Numbered from the stretch's first letter, positions 39,209 through 53,424 are shown. The stretch: DNA of 64,000 nt from Pristiophorus japonicus (GCF_044704955.1 NC_091984.1:179614001-179678000), one strand, 5' to 3'. The notes: generated by a model not told the origin, from the sequence alone. A program made the numbers and translations.

Positions 39209-42200
39209 TGTTATGTATTTAACCCCTTGCAACCTGTATTACACTATCACCAGAGGGCCTACCTGTTGGAATCCAAAGGGATCCCAGCATCCCTTGGGAG
39301 CACGGTATATAAGCAGGCCACCAACAAGGTACCAGCACTCTGAAATCTTATTAAAGGAGCTAAGGTCACACTTGCTCATTGTACACAGTACTCAGTTTCA
39401 TCCTTTATTGTGAACGCATCAATTGGCGATGAGGTAATGAACAACAGCGTGAAAATGCAAAGAACAGTTGGTATCCTGGAGAAGTTCTCAGAAGGGGACA
39501 ATTGGGAGGCCTTCATGGAGAAATTCGCCCAATACTTCGTGGTCAATGAGCTGGAAGGGGACGAGAACATTGCCAAACGAAGGGCAGTCCTCCAAACTGT
39601 CTGTGGGGCAACAACCTATGGCCTCATGAAGAATCTCCAGCAAAACCAACAGCTAAATCCTATGAAGAATTGTGTACGCTGGCCTGGGAGTACCTAAATC
39701 CTAAGGAAAGCATTTTGATGGTGAGATATCGCTTCTACACGTGTCAATGGTCGGAGGGCCAGGAAGTGGCGAGTTACTTCGCCAAACTAAGGCACCTCGC
39801 AGAACATTGCGAATTTTAGGGATTCCTAGGACAAATGCTTAGAGACTTTTTTGTACTGGGCATTGGCCATGAGGTAATCCTTTGCAAACTGTTGATAGTT
39901 GAAACTCCGAATCTAAGTAAAGCCATAACTATAGCCCAGGCATTTATGTCCACCAGCGACAACCCCAAACATATTTCGCAAAGTAAAGAAGTTTCAGCCA
40001 GTACTGTGCATAAAGTAACATCATTTTCAAGCAGAACGTACATGCCGGCTGCTGCTGCACGACCTCAGATAACCCTGAGTCCGCCATCAATCGTTAATGC
40101 GAGGCAGTTAACACCTTGTTGGCGCTGTGGACCCTGCAAACCACCACATTACAGAGGAAGATCAATCCACTGTGGATCAGGCTGAACTGGAGTCTCGTAC
40201 CGAGGAGGCAGAAGTGTACAGGGTACACACATTCACCACGAAATGTCCACCACTAATGTTGAAAGTTGAACTGAACGGAATTCCAGTATCTATGGAACTG
40301 GACATGGATGCGAGTCAGTCCTTAATGAATAAAAAGGCCTTCGACAGGCTGTGGGGCAACAAGGCACACAGGCCCAAGCTCAGCCCCATTCTCACCAAAC
40401 TAAGGACTTACACCAAGGAACTGATCCCTGTAATTGGTAGTGCAGAAGTCACAGTCTCCTATTATGGAGCAGTACATGAACTCCCACTATGGATTGTGCC
40501 AGGGAATGGCCCCACATTGTTAGGCGGAAGCTGGCTGGGAAAAATCCGCTGGACCTGGGATGACATCCGAGTGCTTTCATCCATCGACGACGCCTTATGT
40601 GCCCAAGTTCTGAGCAGATTTCCATCGTTGTTCGAGCCAGGCATTGGAAGCTTTTTGGGAGTGAAAGTGCAGATCCATTTGGTTCCCGGTACACGACCCA
40701 TCCACCACAAGGCATGGGCGGTACCGTATATGATGTGTGAGAAAGTGGAAATTGAGCTGGACAGGCTGCAGCGAGAAGGCATCATCGCACTGGTGGGGTT
40801 CAATGAGTGGGCCAGTTCAATTGTCCTGGTACTTAAAGAGGACAGCACGGTCAGAATTTGTGGGGACTATAAAGTAGCGATTAACCATTTTTCGCTACAG
40901 GACCAGTACCCACTACTCAAGGCAGACAACCTAGTTGCGACCCTGACTGGAGGAACGATGTTCACCAAGCTGGACCTGACCTTGGCCTACATGACACAGG
41001 AGCTGGATCATCTGCATCAACACGCACAAAGGTCTGTTCACCTATAACAGATTCCCGTTTGGGATTCGGTCAGGCGCGGCAATCTTCCAATGGAACATGG
41101 AGAGCCTGCTAAAGTCGGTTCCTTGCACAGTGGTTTTCGAGAACGAAATACTGGTTACAGGTCAGGACACCCTTGAGCACTTGAAGAATCTGGAAGAGGT
41201 TCTTTGTCGGTTGGATCGCGTGGGACTCAGGTTGAAACACTCGAAGTGTGTTTTCCTGGCACAGGAGGTCGAGTTCTTGGGAAGAAAAATCGCGGCAGAT
41301 GGCATCAGACCCACCGACGCCAAGACGGAGGCCATCAAGAATGCACCGAGACCACAGAACGTGATGGAGCTGCGGTCGTTCCTGGGACTCCTTAACTATT
41401 TTGGTAATTTCCTACCTGGGTTAAGCACCCTGCTAGAACCTCTACATGCGCTACTGTGCAAGGGAGACGACTGGGTATGGGGCAATTCACAAGAGGCTGC
41501 CTTTAAGAAAGCCAGGAATCTGTTGTGTTCAAACAAACTGCTTTTCTTGTATAACCCTTGTAAACGATTAGTCCTAGCTTGCAATATCATATGGGATCGG
41601 GTGTGTGGTTCAACAGGCTAATGAATCCGGAATTTTGCAGCCGGTCGCTTATGCGTCCAGGAATTTGTCCAAGGCCGAAAGGGCCAACAGCATGTTTGAA
41701 AAAGAGGCTCTGGCGTGCGTTTACGGGGTAAAGAAAATGCACCAGTACTTATTTGGCCCCAAGTTTGAGCTTGAAACTGACCACAAGCCGCTCATATCGC
41801 TGTTCTCTGAGTGCAAAGGGATTAACACAACGCCTTTGCCTGCATCCAAAGATGGACGCTCATGCTGTCGGCATACAACTATGTAATCTGCCACAGACTG
41901 GGCACAGAGAACTGCGCTGATGCTCTCAGTCGGCTACCATTGCCCACCACCGGGGTGGAAATGGCACAGTCTGCAGACTTGCTCTTGGTAATGGATGCAT
42001 TCGAAAATGAAAAGTCCCCCGTTATGGCCCGCCAGATCAGGACCTGGACCAGCCAGGATTCTTTAGTATCCTTGGTTAAAAAAAATGTGTGCTCCATGGG
42101 AGCTAGTCCAGCATTCCAACAGAGATGCAGGAGGCAATTAAGCCATTCCACAGGCGCAAAGATGACATGTCCCTGCAGGCGGACTGTCTGTTGTGGGGCA

Positions 42201-44033
42201 ATCACGTGGTCTTGCCCAAGAAAGGCAGAGATACATTCATTTGTGAACTGCACCGCACCCACCCAGGAATTGTAATGATGAAAGCCATAGCTGTATCCCA
42301 TGTGTGGTGGCCCGGCATTGACTCAGATTTAAAGTCATGCGTGAGCCACTGCAACACTTGCTCTCAGCTGAGCAATGCACCCAGAGAGGCACCGCTAAGT
42401 TTGTGGTCGTGGCCCTCCAAACTGTGGTCGAGGATCCATGTGGACTATGTAGGCCCATTTCTAGGCAAAATGTTCTTGATTGTCATGGATGCTTACTCAA
42501 AATGGATTGAATGTGCAATAGAAACATAGAAACATAGAAAATAGGTGCAGGAGTAGGCCATTCGGCCCTTTGAGCCTGCACCACCATTCAATAAGATCAT
42601 GGCTGATCATTCCCTCAGTACCCCTTTCATGCTTTCTCTCCATACCCCTTGATCCCCTTAGCCATAAGGGCCATATTTAACTCCCTCTTGAACATATCCA
42701 ATGAACTGGCGCCAACAACTCTCTGTGCCAGGGAATTCCACAAGTTAACAACTCTCTGAGTGAAGAAGTTTCTCCTCATCTCAGTCCCTTATCCTAAGAC
42801 TTCCCCAACATCGGGAACATTCTTCCCGCATCTAACCTGTTCAGTCCCGTCAGAATCTTATACATTTCTATCAGATCCCCTCTCGTCCTTCTAAACTCCA
42901 GTGAATAAAGGACCAGTTGATCCAGTCTCTCCTCATGTCTGTAAGCACATCCACGGCCACTATTGAAAGCCTACGAGCCATCTTTGCCATGCACGGCCTG
43001 CCTGATGTCCTAGTCAGCAACAATGGGCTGTGTTTCACCAGTGCTGAATTCAAGGAATTCATGACCTGCAATGGGATCAAGCACGTCACATCTGCCCCAT
43101 TCAAACCCGCATCCATGGCCAGGCAGAACGAGCAGTTCAGGCCATCAAAGCTTGAAATGCCTGTCGGAAGGCTCCCTGCAGACCCGACTATCCCAAGTGC
43201 TGCTCAGCCACCGCACCAGACACCACTCATTCACCAGGGTTCCCCCAGCCGAGCTGCTCATGAAAAGGCGCTCAAAACAAGGCTCTTTCTTGTCCACCCT
43301 GATCTCCATGATCATGTGGAGTTCAGGCAGCATCAACAAAGTGTGTACCATAACCGTGTAAATTTGTCACGTGATATTGAGGTCAAGGACCATGTGTTTT
43401 TACTCACTTATGGACATCGTCCAAATGGCTCACTGGCACAGTCATAGCCAAAGAGAGGAGTAGGGTGTTTCAGGTCAAATTGGCCAATGGACTAACGTGC
43501 AGAAAACATTTGGACCAAATCAAATTGCGGTTCACCAACAGCTACGAACCACCCGACGAAGACACCACCGACTTTGATCCTCCAACACACACACAAGTGG
43601 CAACCTACATTATGTTGACCACGAAGCTGAATTCATCATCCCCAGCAGCCCGGCAAGGCCGGCTACCCAGCAGGCCAGTGAAGAAGTAACCAACTCATCC
43701 ATAACCTTTGAATTACCCGCATTTGTACCGAGGCGATCGACAAGGGAACGAAAAGCCCCAGATCGTCTCACTTTGTAAATAAGTGTACTATTGACTTTAC
43801 AGGAGAGTGATGTTATGTATTTAACACCTTGCAACCTGTATTACACTACTGCCAGAGGGCCTACCTGTTGGAGTCCCAAGGGATCCCAGCATCCCTTGGG
43901 AACATGGTATATAAGCATGGTATATAAGCAGCACCCACGAGGTACCTGCACTCTGGAATCTTATTAAGGGAGCTAAGATCACACTTGCTCATGTACATAG
44001 AACTCAGTTTCATCCTTTATTGTGAACGCATCA
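39209..44033 (+). mobile_element. Gypsy/Ty3 LTR retrotransposon, complete outline, decayed
   Basis: LTRs 39209-39421 and 43811-44033 (TG...CA). Perfect TSD CCTCA (39204-39208 and 44034-44038). PBS-like TGGCGATGAGG. gag (LRDFFVLGI), then PR, RT (RICGDYK), RH (ETDHKPL) and IN (HPGI..., RIHVDY) in Gypsy order. Confidence 0.93.
42519..42935 (-). mobile_element. CR1 3' end inserted into the Gypsy integrase
   Basis: (AGAAACAT)n tail. Integrase sequence (SKWIECAI / MSVSTSTATIESLR) resumes on the other side. Confidence 0.88.
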
Positions 44034-44039
44034 CCTCAT

Positions 44040-44700
44040 TCAACCAGGGTTGCTTTCCTGGCTTCATGGAAATGGTAGAGTGAGAGATATGCCGGGATAT
44101 GAGGTTACAGATTGTGATGGCATACTGTTCTGCTGCTGCTGATGGCCCACAGCGCTTCATGGATGCCCAGTTGTGAGCTGCTAGATCTGTTCTGAATCTA
44201 TCTCATTTAGCACGGTGGTAGTACCACACAACATGATGGAGGGTGTCCTCAATATGAAGATGGGACTTTGTCTCCACAAGGTCTATGCGGTGGTCACTGC
44301 TATCAATGCTGTCATGGAGAGGTGCATCTGTGATAGATAGTTTGGTGAAGATGAGCTCAAGTAAGTTTTTTGCTCGTGTTGGTTTTCCCACCACGTGTCG
44401 CAGGCCTAGTCTGGCATTTATATCCTTCAGGACTTGGCCAGCTCGGTCAGTAGTGGCGCTGCCAAGCCACTCTTGGTAATGGATATTGAAGTCCCTGCCC
44501 AGAGTGCATTTGCTACCCTTAGTGCTTCATCCATGTTCAACATGGAGGAGTTCTGATTCATCAGCTGAAGGGAGCGGTAGGTGGCAATCAGCAGGTGATT
44601 TCCTTGCTCATGTTTCACCTGGTGCCATGAGACATCATGGAGTTCTGGATTCTGTGAATCTGACTATGTCAGGCTATTACTTGAGTAGTCTGAGGGACAG
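44040..44700 (-). mobile_element. Degenerate CR1/L2-group LINE endonuclease fragment (family of 27560-29160)
   Basis: SDHRIDLVETKSHLHIEDTLHHVVWYYHRAK matches ORF 27815. Confidence 0.75.
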
Positions 44701-47296
44701 CGCTCCAGACGTTAGTGAAGAAGACTTTGCAGGGTTTTCTGGGCTGGGTGTGCCTTTGTCATGTCCGAATCCGGTCGATGCTGCGTTGTTCATCTTATTG
44801 TTTTTCCTAGCAGTTTGCGTGGTTTGCTAGGCCATTTCAGATGGCAGTTACGAATCAAGCACGTTACTGTGCGTCTGGAGTCACATAGAGGTAAATACGA
44901 CAGATTTCCTCCCCTGAAGAGCATTAGTGAACCAAATGGGGTTATAAACAATCCGGTAGTTCCGGCGTCACTATTACTGACACTTGCTTTATATTCCAGA
45001 TTTAGGTAATTAACTGAATTTAAATTCCATAGCTGCCCTGTTGGGATTTGAACACATGTCTCATTAGTCCAGGCTTCTGGATTACTAGTACTATGCTACC
45101 GTTCCTCAGATTCAAGTTCTTTAGAAAAACACAATACCGTGGCTAGAGATCTGCTGCAGTAATTACGTTGTGTATATGTAGATTGATCCACGTCATTGAA
45201 CGTTTTGAATGGCGTTGACATAGATCCCGAAAGGCAAACAGACATGCAGCTCAGTGAAGAGTAGGCCGGGGCGATACAGTGGAGGACAGGCCTTCTTATT
45301 TCACCACAGTCGGCTGCAGAACTCATTGATCAAGTAGCATAAGAGTCAAACTTTTTATTTCTTGAACAGAATCAGGAGGCAATGCAGTTGCAGGCAGGAG
45401 AGTTGTTGGGTCAGCTCCAAACACAACGGAGGCGTGCGCGTGGCGGCTGGTAATGCAGCAAATAATGTTAGAGATTTAACTGCCCAGGGAGGACTGGAAA
45501 GTACAGGATGAAAGGTATTGGAAAAGGGCCCCATGGCAAATCACAGCTGAAGGTTTGGGGAAAGCGAAAGAGGAAGCTTCGTACTCATTCACAGTTTAAA
45601 GTTGAAAAGTCCCTTTATGCGGAAGGGGGGCGCAATTATGTCAGCCACAAAGGGGACACCAACATGACCAGGATTAGATAGTCTTATGTGTTTTACCTGC
45701 TCTGGAGGAGACATGGAAGGTCAGATGCTATACTCCAGCGGGTAAATTAGCAAACGGTTCATCGGGCATGTCGCTCGTGAATCAGTGAGGACAACCTTTG
45801 CTGAATCCCATGGGCAGCGTGCAGCTACTGCTTCAGGATAAAGCTGTCAGTGGTTACTAGTTTGGGTCTACGCAGACAATGTAGTGTCAGTTAGGTGATG
45901 TAAGCAGATCCTATTGAAGAATGCATGGGACCAGAGTTGAATTAAGTGCTCAGGTACAAGAGCCATGTCTGCGATTACGTTTCATTTCACGATAAATTTT
46001 GCCCTGTTCATTCATATATTATCTATTAAATAAAAAAGTTTGTTGGATTACATTTGACCTCCTCTCATCAGAGTGTTTTTCAGTCCTCCTTCTGTAAAAT
46101 AGCATGTGTGAGATTACATTAGCCAGGATACACAACCCGGGCTTTCATTGTTACCCGTGGTCGGCCACGATAACTAGATATTGGACAGTAAAGGTACACG
46201 TGGGGCCTGCTTATGTGTATGCTTGGTGACTGTGAACACAAGAGAATGTCGAATAGCTGGAAACAGGGCGACCGGAAATTTTTAACAATATTAGGCTAAT
46301 GCTGCAGTGCTCTGAAGTTCCAACTATGCAGATTACTGAGGAACAGAAGATATGGAGTTGTACTCTGAAACTTGAGATGCTAGACCTGACCTGGGATGCT
46401 TGATATTGGAGGAGTTTCATCCCCACTGCTTACATTCCTTACATCGATAAGAAGCGCATTTCGCAAAAAGTTACTCGGACCTAACAACATTCACAGCAAA
46501 AAAAAATCAACCTACCATCATTAAAACGTATATTTCAAAAATAAGAATCAAGTTTATAATCAGAATTATATTTCCGTTATGGCACTTCGTCCTCGTTCCC
46601 GCGCTAGCTATAGTGGCCAAGCTGAATATCTCATTCGAAAAGGTTACTCAAACTAAATATTGAATGGAATAATCCTTTCTCCGGAGTTTTAACTTCATAT
46701 GTTTGTCTTCCTTCTCGGATGTGAGTGTTGCTGACAAGGCCAGCATTTATTACCCACAATCATTTGCCCAGCAGCGATTTGTTAGAACTGGGTGTTTTGC
46801 GAGGCCACTTCAGCGAGCAGTTCATTGCCAACCACGTCGATGTGGGACTGGAGTCATATGTAGGCCAGACAGGGTAAGGGTGACAGATTTCCTTCCCTAA
46901 AGGGCATGAATGAACCAGAAGCATGTTTACACCAATACGACAGCTTCATATCACAATTACTGATAGTTTTTTATTTCCAATTTTGCTTAACTGAATTCAA
47001 ATTCTCAATCTGCCATGGTGGGGTTTGAGCTCACGCTCTACGGATTATTAGTCCAAGCTTCTGGATTACTCGTCAATAACATAACCACAACGCTACAGTA
47101 CCCTGAATGATTTGCAACCAGAAAAGCACAAAATGAATAACACAAGTTAAGGGTTATCCTTCACACCGGGAGCTCCGCAGTCAGAGAGGAATCGGGTGTC
47201 TTGGCAGTCAGAGAGCAGAGGGTGGCAGAGAGCCCAGATTAGTTAAAGGTCACTCTTTTCACAATAATACTGAATACAAACACATTCTCGGAGTTT

Positions 47297-47437
47297 ACTT
47301 CCTGTACCAGCTACTTTGTGTGGCCGTGCTGACGGCATCAACCCTTTATTTCTGTCTGTATGATTGGCAGGAACCGAGAGTAGAAAAGCAGTCATTGCAG
47401 CAAGAATTGTAAATCACCGCTCAGAGCTCAACTTCCG
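47297..47437 (+). promoter_or_regulatory. Candidate promoter of the IgV receptor gene (ETS-type motifs)
   Basis: ACTTCCTG at 47297 and ACTTCCG at 47431, just upstream of a hydrophobic ATG-initiated ORF. Short motifs, weak evidence. Confidence 0.3.
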
Positions 47438-47531
47438 TCAGTATCTTTTAGCAAGGTTCGATCTATTTTAACTAATGGATTTTTACAATGTTAACTACAC
47501 GCAGAATTTGAGTTTATATTTTCCGACAATT

Positions 47532-47609
47532 ATGGGCAATTTTAACTTTAGTTTAACTGGATTTATTTTACTCGTCCATTCGATTTTTCTGCAAATCTTT
47601 TCGGCTCAG
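47532..47609 (+). CDS. Candidate leader exon of the IgV receptor (MGNFNFSLTGFILLVHSIFLQIFSAQ)
   Basis: Signal-peptide-like. It would need a GC donor (CAG|GCACGT, phase 0) joined to the acceptor at 48020. Confidence 0.3.
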
Positions 47610-48063
47610 GCACGTTTGGACAAATTGAAACCCTCCAATGATGTGACAACAACCAGGACAACACGTGAAGTGGGGGGGGGGGAGGAATTAAAGCCTTAAA
47701 TTGATTATTTCCGCACTGAAGTCGCAGGTATTGGCTATCGCTTGCTTCAACGCTGCTACTTCTGGTGGGCGACAGTTATTCTCAGAATACTGATCAGCAG
47801 AACCGAGCTTTGAAACCGACGCGTAACCTGCAAGCTGCGGGTGGTGTCTGCAGAGCGCCAAACTGCATGCACTCCACATCCGCGCCGAGTAGTGTGAGAG
47901 CTGAACAGTAACCGAATGTCTCAACCTCTGCTGACTCTTGCAAACCTCAGCTAATTTAATACGGATGATCTCCGGTGTTGCCTCGTCAACATGAATATTA
48001 TTACATTAATATTGACACAGATGTCTCCTTTCCGTGCAAGCTGGGCACTGACTGTTGCCGAAG

Positions 48064-48414
48064 GGATTTGGGTTGACCAGACCCCAAATTTTATCTCTGC
48101 ATCTGAAGGAGCGACCGCCACCCTGAACTGTGCCTATTTTGCTGATAAAATTCAAGACTTTGCAATCAACTGGCTTCACCAGCCAATAAATCAAACTAAT
48201 AAGACGTATATCTTTTACATGGATAAGATCACGGGGAACCTTTCAATCCAACTGGTAAATACAACAGACCAAGAACGAAACATAACCACAAACCAGTTAT
48301 CAATAACGAACATTCGGCAGCGAGACAGCGGCACATATTATTGTGAACTGATGATTCTGAGTCTACCTTGCACTGACCATTTGAGAGGGAAAGGAAGCAG
48401 TTTGATAGTAACAG
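48064..48414 (+). CDS. IgV (VJ-type) exon of a CD28/PD-1-family-like receptor; 5' boundary either 48021 or 48064
   Basis: IWVDQTPNFISASEGATATLNC...FAINW...NQTNK...LSITNIRQRDSGTYYC...GKGSSLIVT, open throughout. Donor ACAG|GTAGGT is phase 1. Recalls PD-1 (EGDNATFTC..FVLNW..NQTDK..NDSGTYLC). Confidence 0.88.
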
Positions 48415-49973
48415 GTAGGTTGTGTAATATAAGTTTCAAATGTGGAACTATTTATAGCATTTAATTGTAATTCAACCTGTCACATCCAGGGCGTCGAGGG
48501 CTATGGGGAACGGGCGGGGAAGTGGAGCTGAGGCCAAGATCAGATCAGCCATGATCTTATTGAATGACGGAGCACCCTGTTCCTATTTCTTATGTTCTTA
48601 TCTTTGCATTCATGACCAAGTGTTTATTAATTTTGTGAAAGTTAAGGCAGTTGGACATCGGGCTGAGTTCCATGATCTCAGCCAGGAGCTAGGGATTATG
48701 AGATACCACTGGCCATGCCCACCGGCTACGGAGGGAGAATCAGCAGTCACAGGACTGCGGCTCCTGGTCATTACTCAGTGTCAGTAATGTTTTTTGGAAC
48801 GTGCGAGGGTGTGGGCGTGTGGGGCCAGGAGCGAGCTGGGCGAAAGAGAATGGAGACTTGGGAGAAGTGAAGAGGAGCGATCGGTATCGGTGCAACGCTA
48901 CACCCAGCAGCAAATAACCCATTTTAATTTAAACGTTATTTTCTGATTGGTATTACAGTGATGTGCAATATTTCCAGACACAATTGTAAATAGATAGTTA
49001 GCTAGCCTTTCCAACAATTACTCGGTTCTTCTCAATATTACCTCGCAACCAGAATTTGCAGTCTCCTTGATCCACGTGAGAACTTTGAATGTCAAAGCTG
49101 CTGCGCATGAACGTCATTATATGTTTGGAGAGTAACTCTATTGGTGATTACTGTACATTCCACGCCAATACATATGTGACTTGGATTAACATCCTCAGGA
49201 GGATGTAGTGACCTCTAGATTTAATCTCTTGCGATGAGAATGTTGAGTCTTTCATGTGCAAATCTATGGTTGTAAACAGACAAAAATGTAATTAATCCGT
49301 AATGTTGTTGACTGTTCCTAACTTCACTGAGAATGTTGCGTTTTGCTGAAGTCGTTTTTGACTTTTATGTTTTCTGATTGTTGCTGCACAACGTATTTCA
49401 AGGAAAGCAGTACAGATGGCACAAATAAGTACTGCGGCAAACCAACCAGACTTAATGTTTCCCGTAAATGTTATCGCAGATGCCCGGCATAGTATTGTTA
49501 ATTTGTAACGCACTGTAATGAGGGCGAACAGTCGGCAGCCAACGTGTAAACGGTTCAAACTTAGAATTTTAAACACTGACTGTCCAATCACGTCCTGGGA
49601 TATTAAATACTCAACTCTCAACTTTCTGGAAATTCATCTCTCGGCGGTTTTAGAAGAGATGTTAAATTTATCATTTTAAGTGGGAGAACATTTCACCTAA
49701 AACAACCGAGAGGGAAAATTCAGACCAGCGCCTCGGCATAACATCAGGGTTCCAGAATTTTAATTCGTGCTTTCGTCATTTGATTAAAGGTTATAATGTG
49801 AAGATAACCCATAACAACATATACACCGTGGGGTTATCTCACAGCGAGAGATGCAATAACAGTAATTTGTCTTTTCCTTGTTTTCAATTAAAACCACATT
49901 AGTTGAAGGACGTGTAGTTTGGTGGAGGTGTGTACTTTCAATTGTGATCAATACATGCAAATTTCTTTTAAAG

Positions 49974-50081
49974 AATCTGATTCCTGCAAAATCAAAAACT
50001 CGTGGCCTTATCTGCTGCTGTGTCTGTTGGTGATTTTATTCCTTATTTTACTCTTAGCTGTATACAGCTGGAAAGCGAAAC
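49974..50081 (+). CDS. Stalk/transmembrane exon of the receptor (ESDSCKIKNSWPYLLLCLLVILFLILLLAVYSWKAK)
   Basis: tttcttttaaag| acceptor and C|GTGAGT donor. 108 nt, phase 1-1. Uncharged TM helix and a stalk Cys. Confidence 0.85.
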
Positions 50082-52008
50082 GTGAGTATTATACTTCCAT
50101 TACCAAAGTTAGATGCATATATCCTACTTTCACTATAAATATCAAATAGTCTGATAAACTAATGTAATTATGTATTTTAACAAATGGTTGAGGTCTACCG
50201 GAGTCTCTGTTACTGTTCGTGTTCATAGAATGATACCAATCATAGAAAGATACCCATAAAAGGGGGCCATTCGACCCATCGTCTCTGTGCCGGAATGTGT
50301 TATATATCTGCTTAAATATGGTAACTGGAATATGTAAAAGCTTGTAATTGCGGTAAAGTTTTAATAACATTAATTTATAAGGAAAAGACAATTTATCATC
50401 TCAAGTCTACCATTTCTACAAGCCCTGAGATAAAGTTTTATAAAATGGACTTGCACCTAAACGTAATCTACCCAAACTCAAATTATCAATCGATCGCCAC
50501 ATATCCACTCATTAACCAATGATGACATTTTCTTACTTACAACAAGGCACCAGCTATCGTATATCACAGGATAATAGTTATCTATATCCTCACTCGAGTG
50601 TTCCTGTAAACGCCACCACTACCTTAAGTAGATATTTGCCCCATTTTATTTTTCAAAGTTATCTGTTTTATTTTCTAGAAGTTTGTCCAGCTACTCTGCA
50701 GTACAATTGTACTTGTGTTTGCTCATTCGAGGCTCACAGTCCAACCCTGTTTATATTTACATTGTACTTGTCTCTCTGCAGTTCAAGATCTAGATTTTGA
50801 CCCAAGGTTCCTTTTCTAAATGAAAATATGTCGAGCTCAGCAAAGTGTTCCCAACTCTCAGTCCAACGCATGATTATATATTTTTGGAGGTACAATGTAC
50901 AGTCTCTATACAATGATGTACACAAGGTTAGAACAGCTTGTTCTTCCGGATTATAAAACATCTCTAGATGTAACCTAGCACTGTTTCACCTTGTTAATAG
51001 CTGGAAATTTTAATTGAAATAATCACACTCAAGCACTTTTATTCAACCTTTATACATGAATGCCCTCTTGTGATGTATCTCCGCGTTTACCGGGTTGTGC
51101 TTACCTGGTCCCACGATTTTCACTGTCCTAGTAAAAACTTGCACCGATACGTGGTGTACACGATTCATGTTTTCTGTCCCAATATAGATGACTTCACAGC
51201 TATTCAAATTGAATTCCATTTGGTGTCCTTAGACCATCTGCCCCAATGGTTCACAACTGTATGAATTCTCAATTCCCCATATGCTCAAACTATGCATAAT
51301 ATTACACCTAGGCGAAGTTAGTTCCCTCATTGTGAATAGCATTACAGAATATATAGTTAAACTCTGCTTTAATTGTCGTATGTATAAGGCTACAGTGTAT
51401 GGTGTGGTTAGGTTCTGTTATCTCTATTGTTGCATCTAACCATCTGTGTGTATATTGCAGTCTATAGTGCAGTTAGACTAATACCGCTAATATAAAAGCC
51501 TGGTAAATGTATTCAGTAGCTTTGTTATAAGGGTCCGTTGATTTTTTTTTATGTTCTACAATTTATTGAAAAACATTGAACCGTAACCTCTTGTAAATCT
51601 CATTAATTCTCATACAGCGATAAGACAAATCTAGAGTAATTCAGTATTGGGCTTCCGTGGGCTGCAGTCCACAACTCAATGTCGCGTCGTTGTGTAGCAT
51701 TTGCAATTCAGTAAAATTGATCCGTGGTTCTGGTCCCAACGTAGAGTTGCTCCATGTTTTGTCACCTATTCTGCATAAAATATTTTTGCACTTCCAGTTT
51801 AAAAGATTCTAGTAGCAACAATTCTTTAGAATCTTGCAAATAGATAATACTGAGAGTGGCCGAATAGACGTGCTCACACTGCAGGCCGTTGCAATACATT
51901 GAATGGTCGGTCTTCTGTCTTCTGCTGAGAATAAAGTTAATTAGTTACATTTGTAGCATAACGCAAAAGTTTCGCATATGATGACACTCGGTTGTTTTGT
52001 AATTCCAG

Positions 52009-52058
52009 AGAAACAGTTAGTTGAATCCAGCTCTTCGTCTACTGGGACCGCCCCAGAG
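52009..52058 (+). CDS. Short cytoplasmic exon (QKQLVESSSSSTGTAPE)
   Basis: ttttgtaattccag| acceptor and GAG|GTACTG donor. 50 nt converts phase 1 to phase 0, exactly linking the TM exon to the next exon. Confidence 0.7.
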
Positions 52059-53193
52059 GTACTGTACCTCTAATGATTATGTTTAACACAACCGTAACTT
52101 TGCACAGTTTGGGTTTTAATCTGATGTACAAGCAAAATAAACCAGATACTATGCAACAGAATGTTTCTGTTAAGATTTAGCAGTAGTTACTGATCTTTTC
52201 TTCCATTCTTCGGTAGTTTTCCAGCATGACTTTTTGCTTTGTAATTCCTTTTTAATTCAAGCAGAATCATGTTAAGATCCAATCGTTGTTTTTAAGAGTT
52301 ATCACGAAAAAACAATGTAAAAGGACAAGGACCATGGTGCAAAACAGCACCTAGAATGAGAAAAGCAAATTGCAGCTCGATATAAAACAGCAAACAGTGG
52401 TGACACCAACAAGAAAGAAAGCAATAACGTTAATTTATATCGCGCCTTTCGGGACTCCATACAGAATTCCATACAGCGTTTCGCGGATTTACGTTTGAAA
52501 CATGTGTGTGGGGGGTGGGGTGGGGATAATTTTAATCTAACTCGCTGGGTGGGAAAGTAAAGCGATCACTGTCGTTAGGTAAAGAGCTGTGTTGTTATGT
52601 GGACAATGTGGGGCTTTAAAATGATGAAGATTGTAGGAGGAAGGGATACTGAAGTCGTTGAGGAGTTCAGCACCAGTAATTTACGGGCAGGTGGTCCCGG
52701 TCTCCAGTCGTAATTTTCGGTGGAAAGGCCTTCAGTGCGTCTGGATGCCAACACGTGGACTGTGCAGGACGGAACGCCGGTTTGTGGACGGATTATTGGC
52801 AGCTGAGAGGATATAGGACAGGAGGAGCGTTGACCTAACAGTATGGATAAAATAGAAAGGGAGCAGGCAGAGAGAGAGAGAGAAAGCGAGCGGCTTGAGA
52901 CGTCAAATGTACAGTTTACAATTGTTAACCATGTACTGAAATTAACTTCACAATATTTAAATTAGAACAACTGCCTTGTTCATTGCAGACCAAATCTCCT
53001 GGTGGTGTCATTTCTAATGTTTAAGTAATATCTCTGCAACATTTATGTTAGATTTTAATTATGCAAAATAATCCTACAAGATTAGCATTACAATATCTTA
53101 CAGAGAAAATATCGGACTGTACTTAAGACACTTTTTGTGCCCGTCAGAAGGTCATTAAAGCTCGCGTTTATTAATACTGCTGTTTTTTCTCAG

Positions 53194-53334
53194 GACACTT
53201 CAAGACCGGACAGAACAACATATGCGACCGTGTTGTCTGCAAGAACGGCGGAAACCCCGCAGAATGTAAAATTGGAGATCGTTTATTCTGATCCACTGAT
53301 AGAAGGGAAGGCACCCAATGCGTTTACAACGAAG
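53194..53334 (+). CDS. Cytoplasmic exon with ITSM (TTYATV) and ITIM-like IVYSDP
   Basis: tgttttttctcag| acceptor and AAG|GTAGTT donor. 141 nt, phase 0-0. Confidence 0.8.
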
Positions 53335-53424
53335 GTAGTTAGCATAAACAGTAAACGCAGACTTCGAACTAAATGAGAGCGAATTCAGCCAGAAATCCAG
53401 TTGCACAGCCCTCATTGGATAATA

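Noticed and set aside
45100-46450. Non-repetitive-looking stretch with short ORFs
   Set aside because: No recognisable domain or convincing splice-flanked frame; may be old repeat debris.
14563-47400. Constant-region exon or RSS belonging to the V-J exon
   Set aside because: No C1-set motifs or heptamer-spacer-nonamer were recognised by eye. The CACAGTG at ~41126 is inside Gypsy pol.
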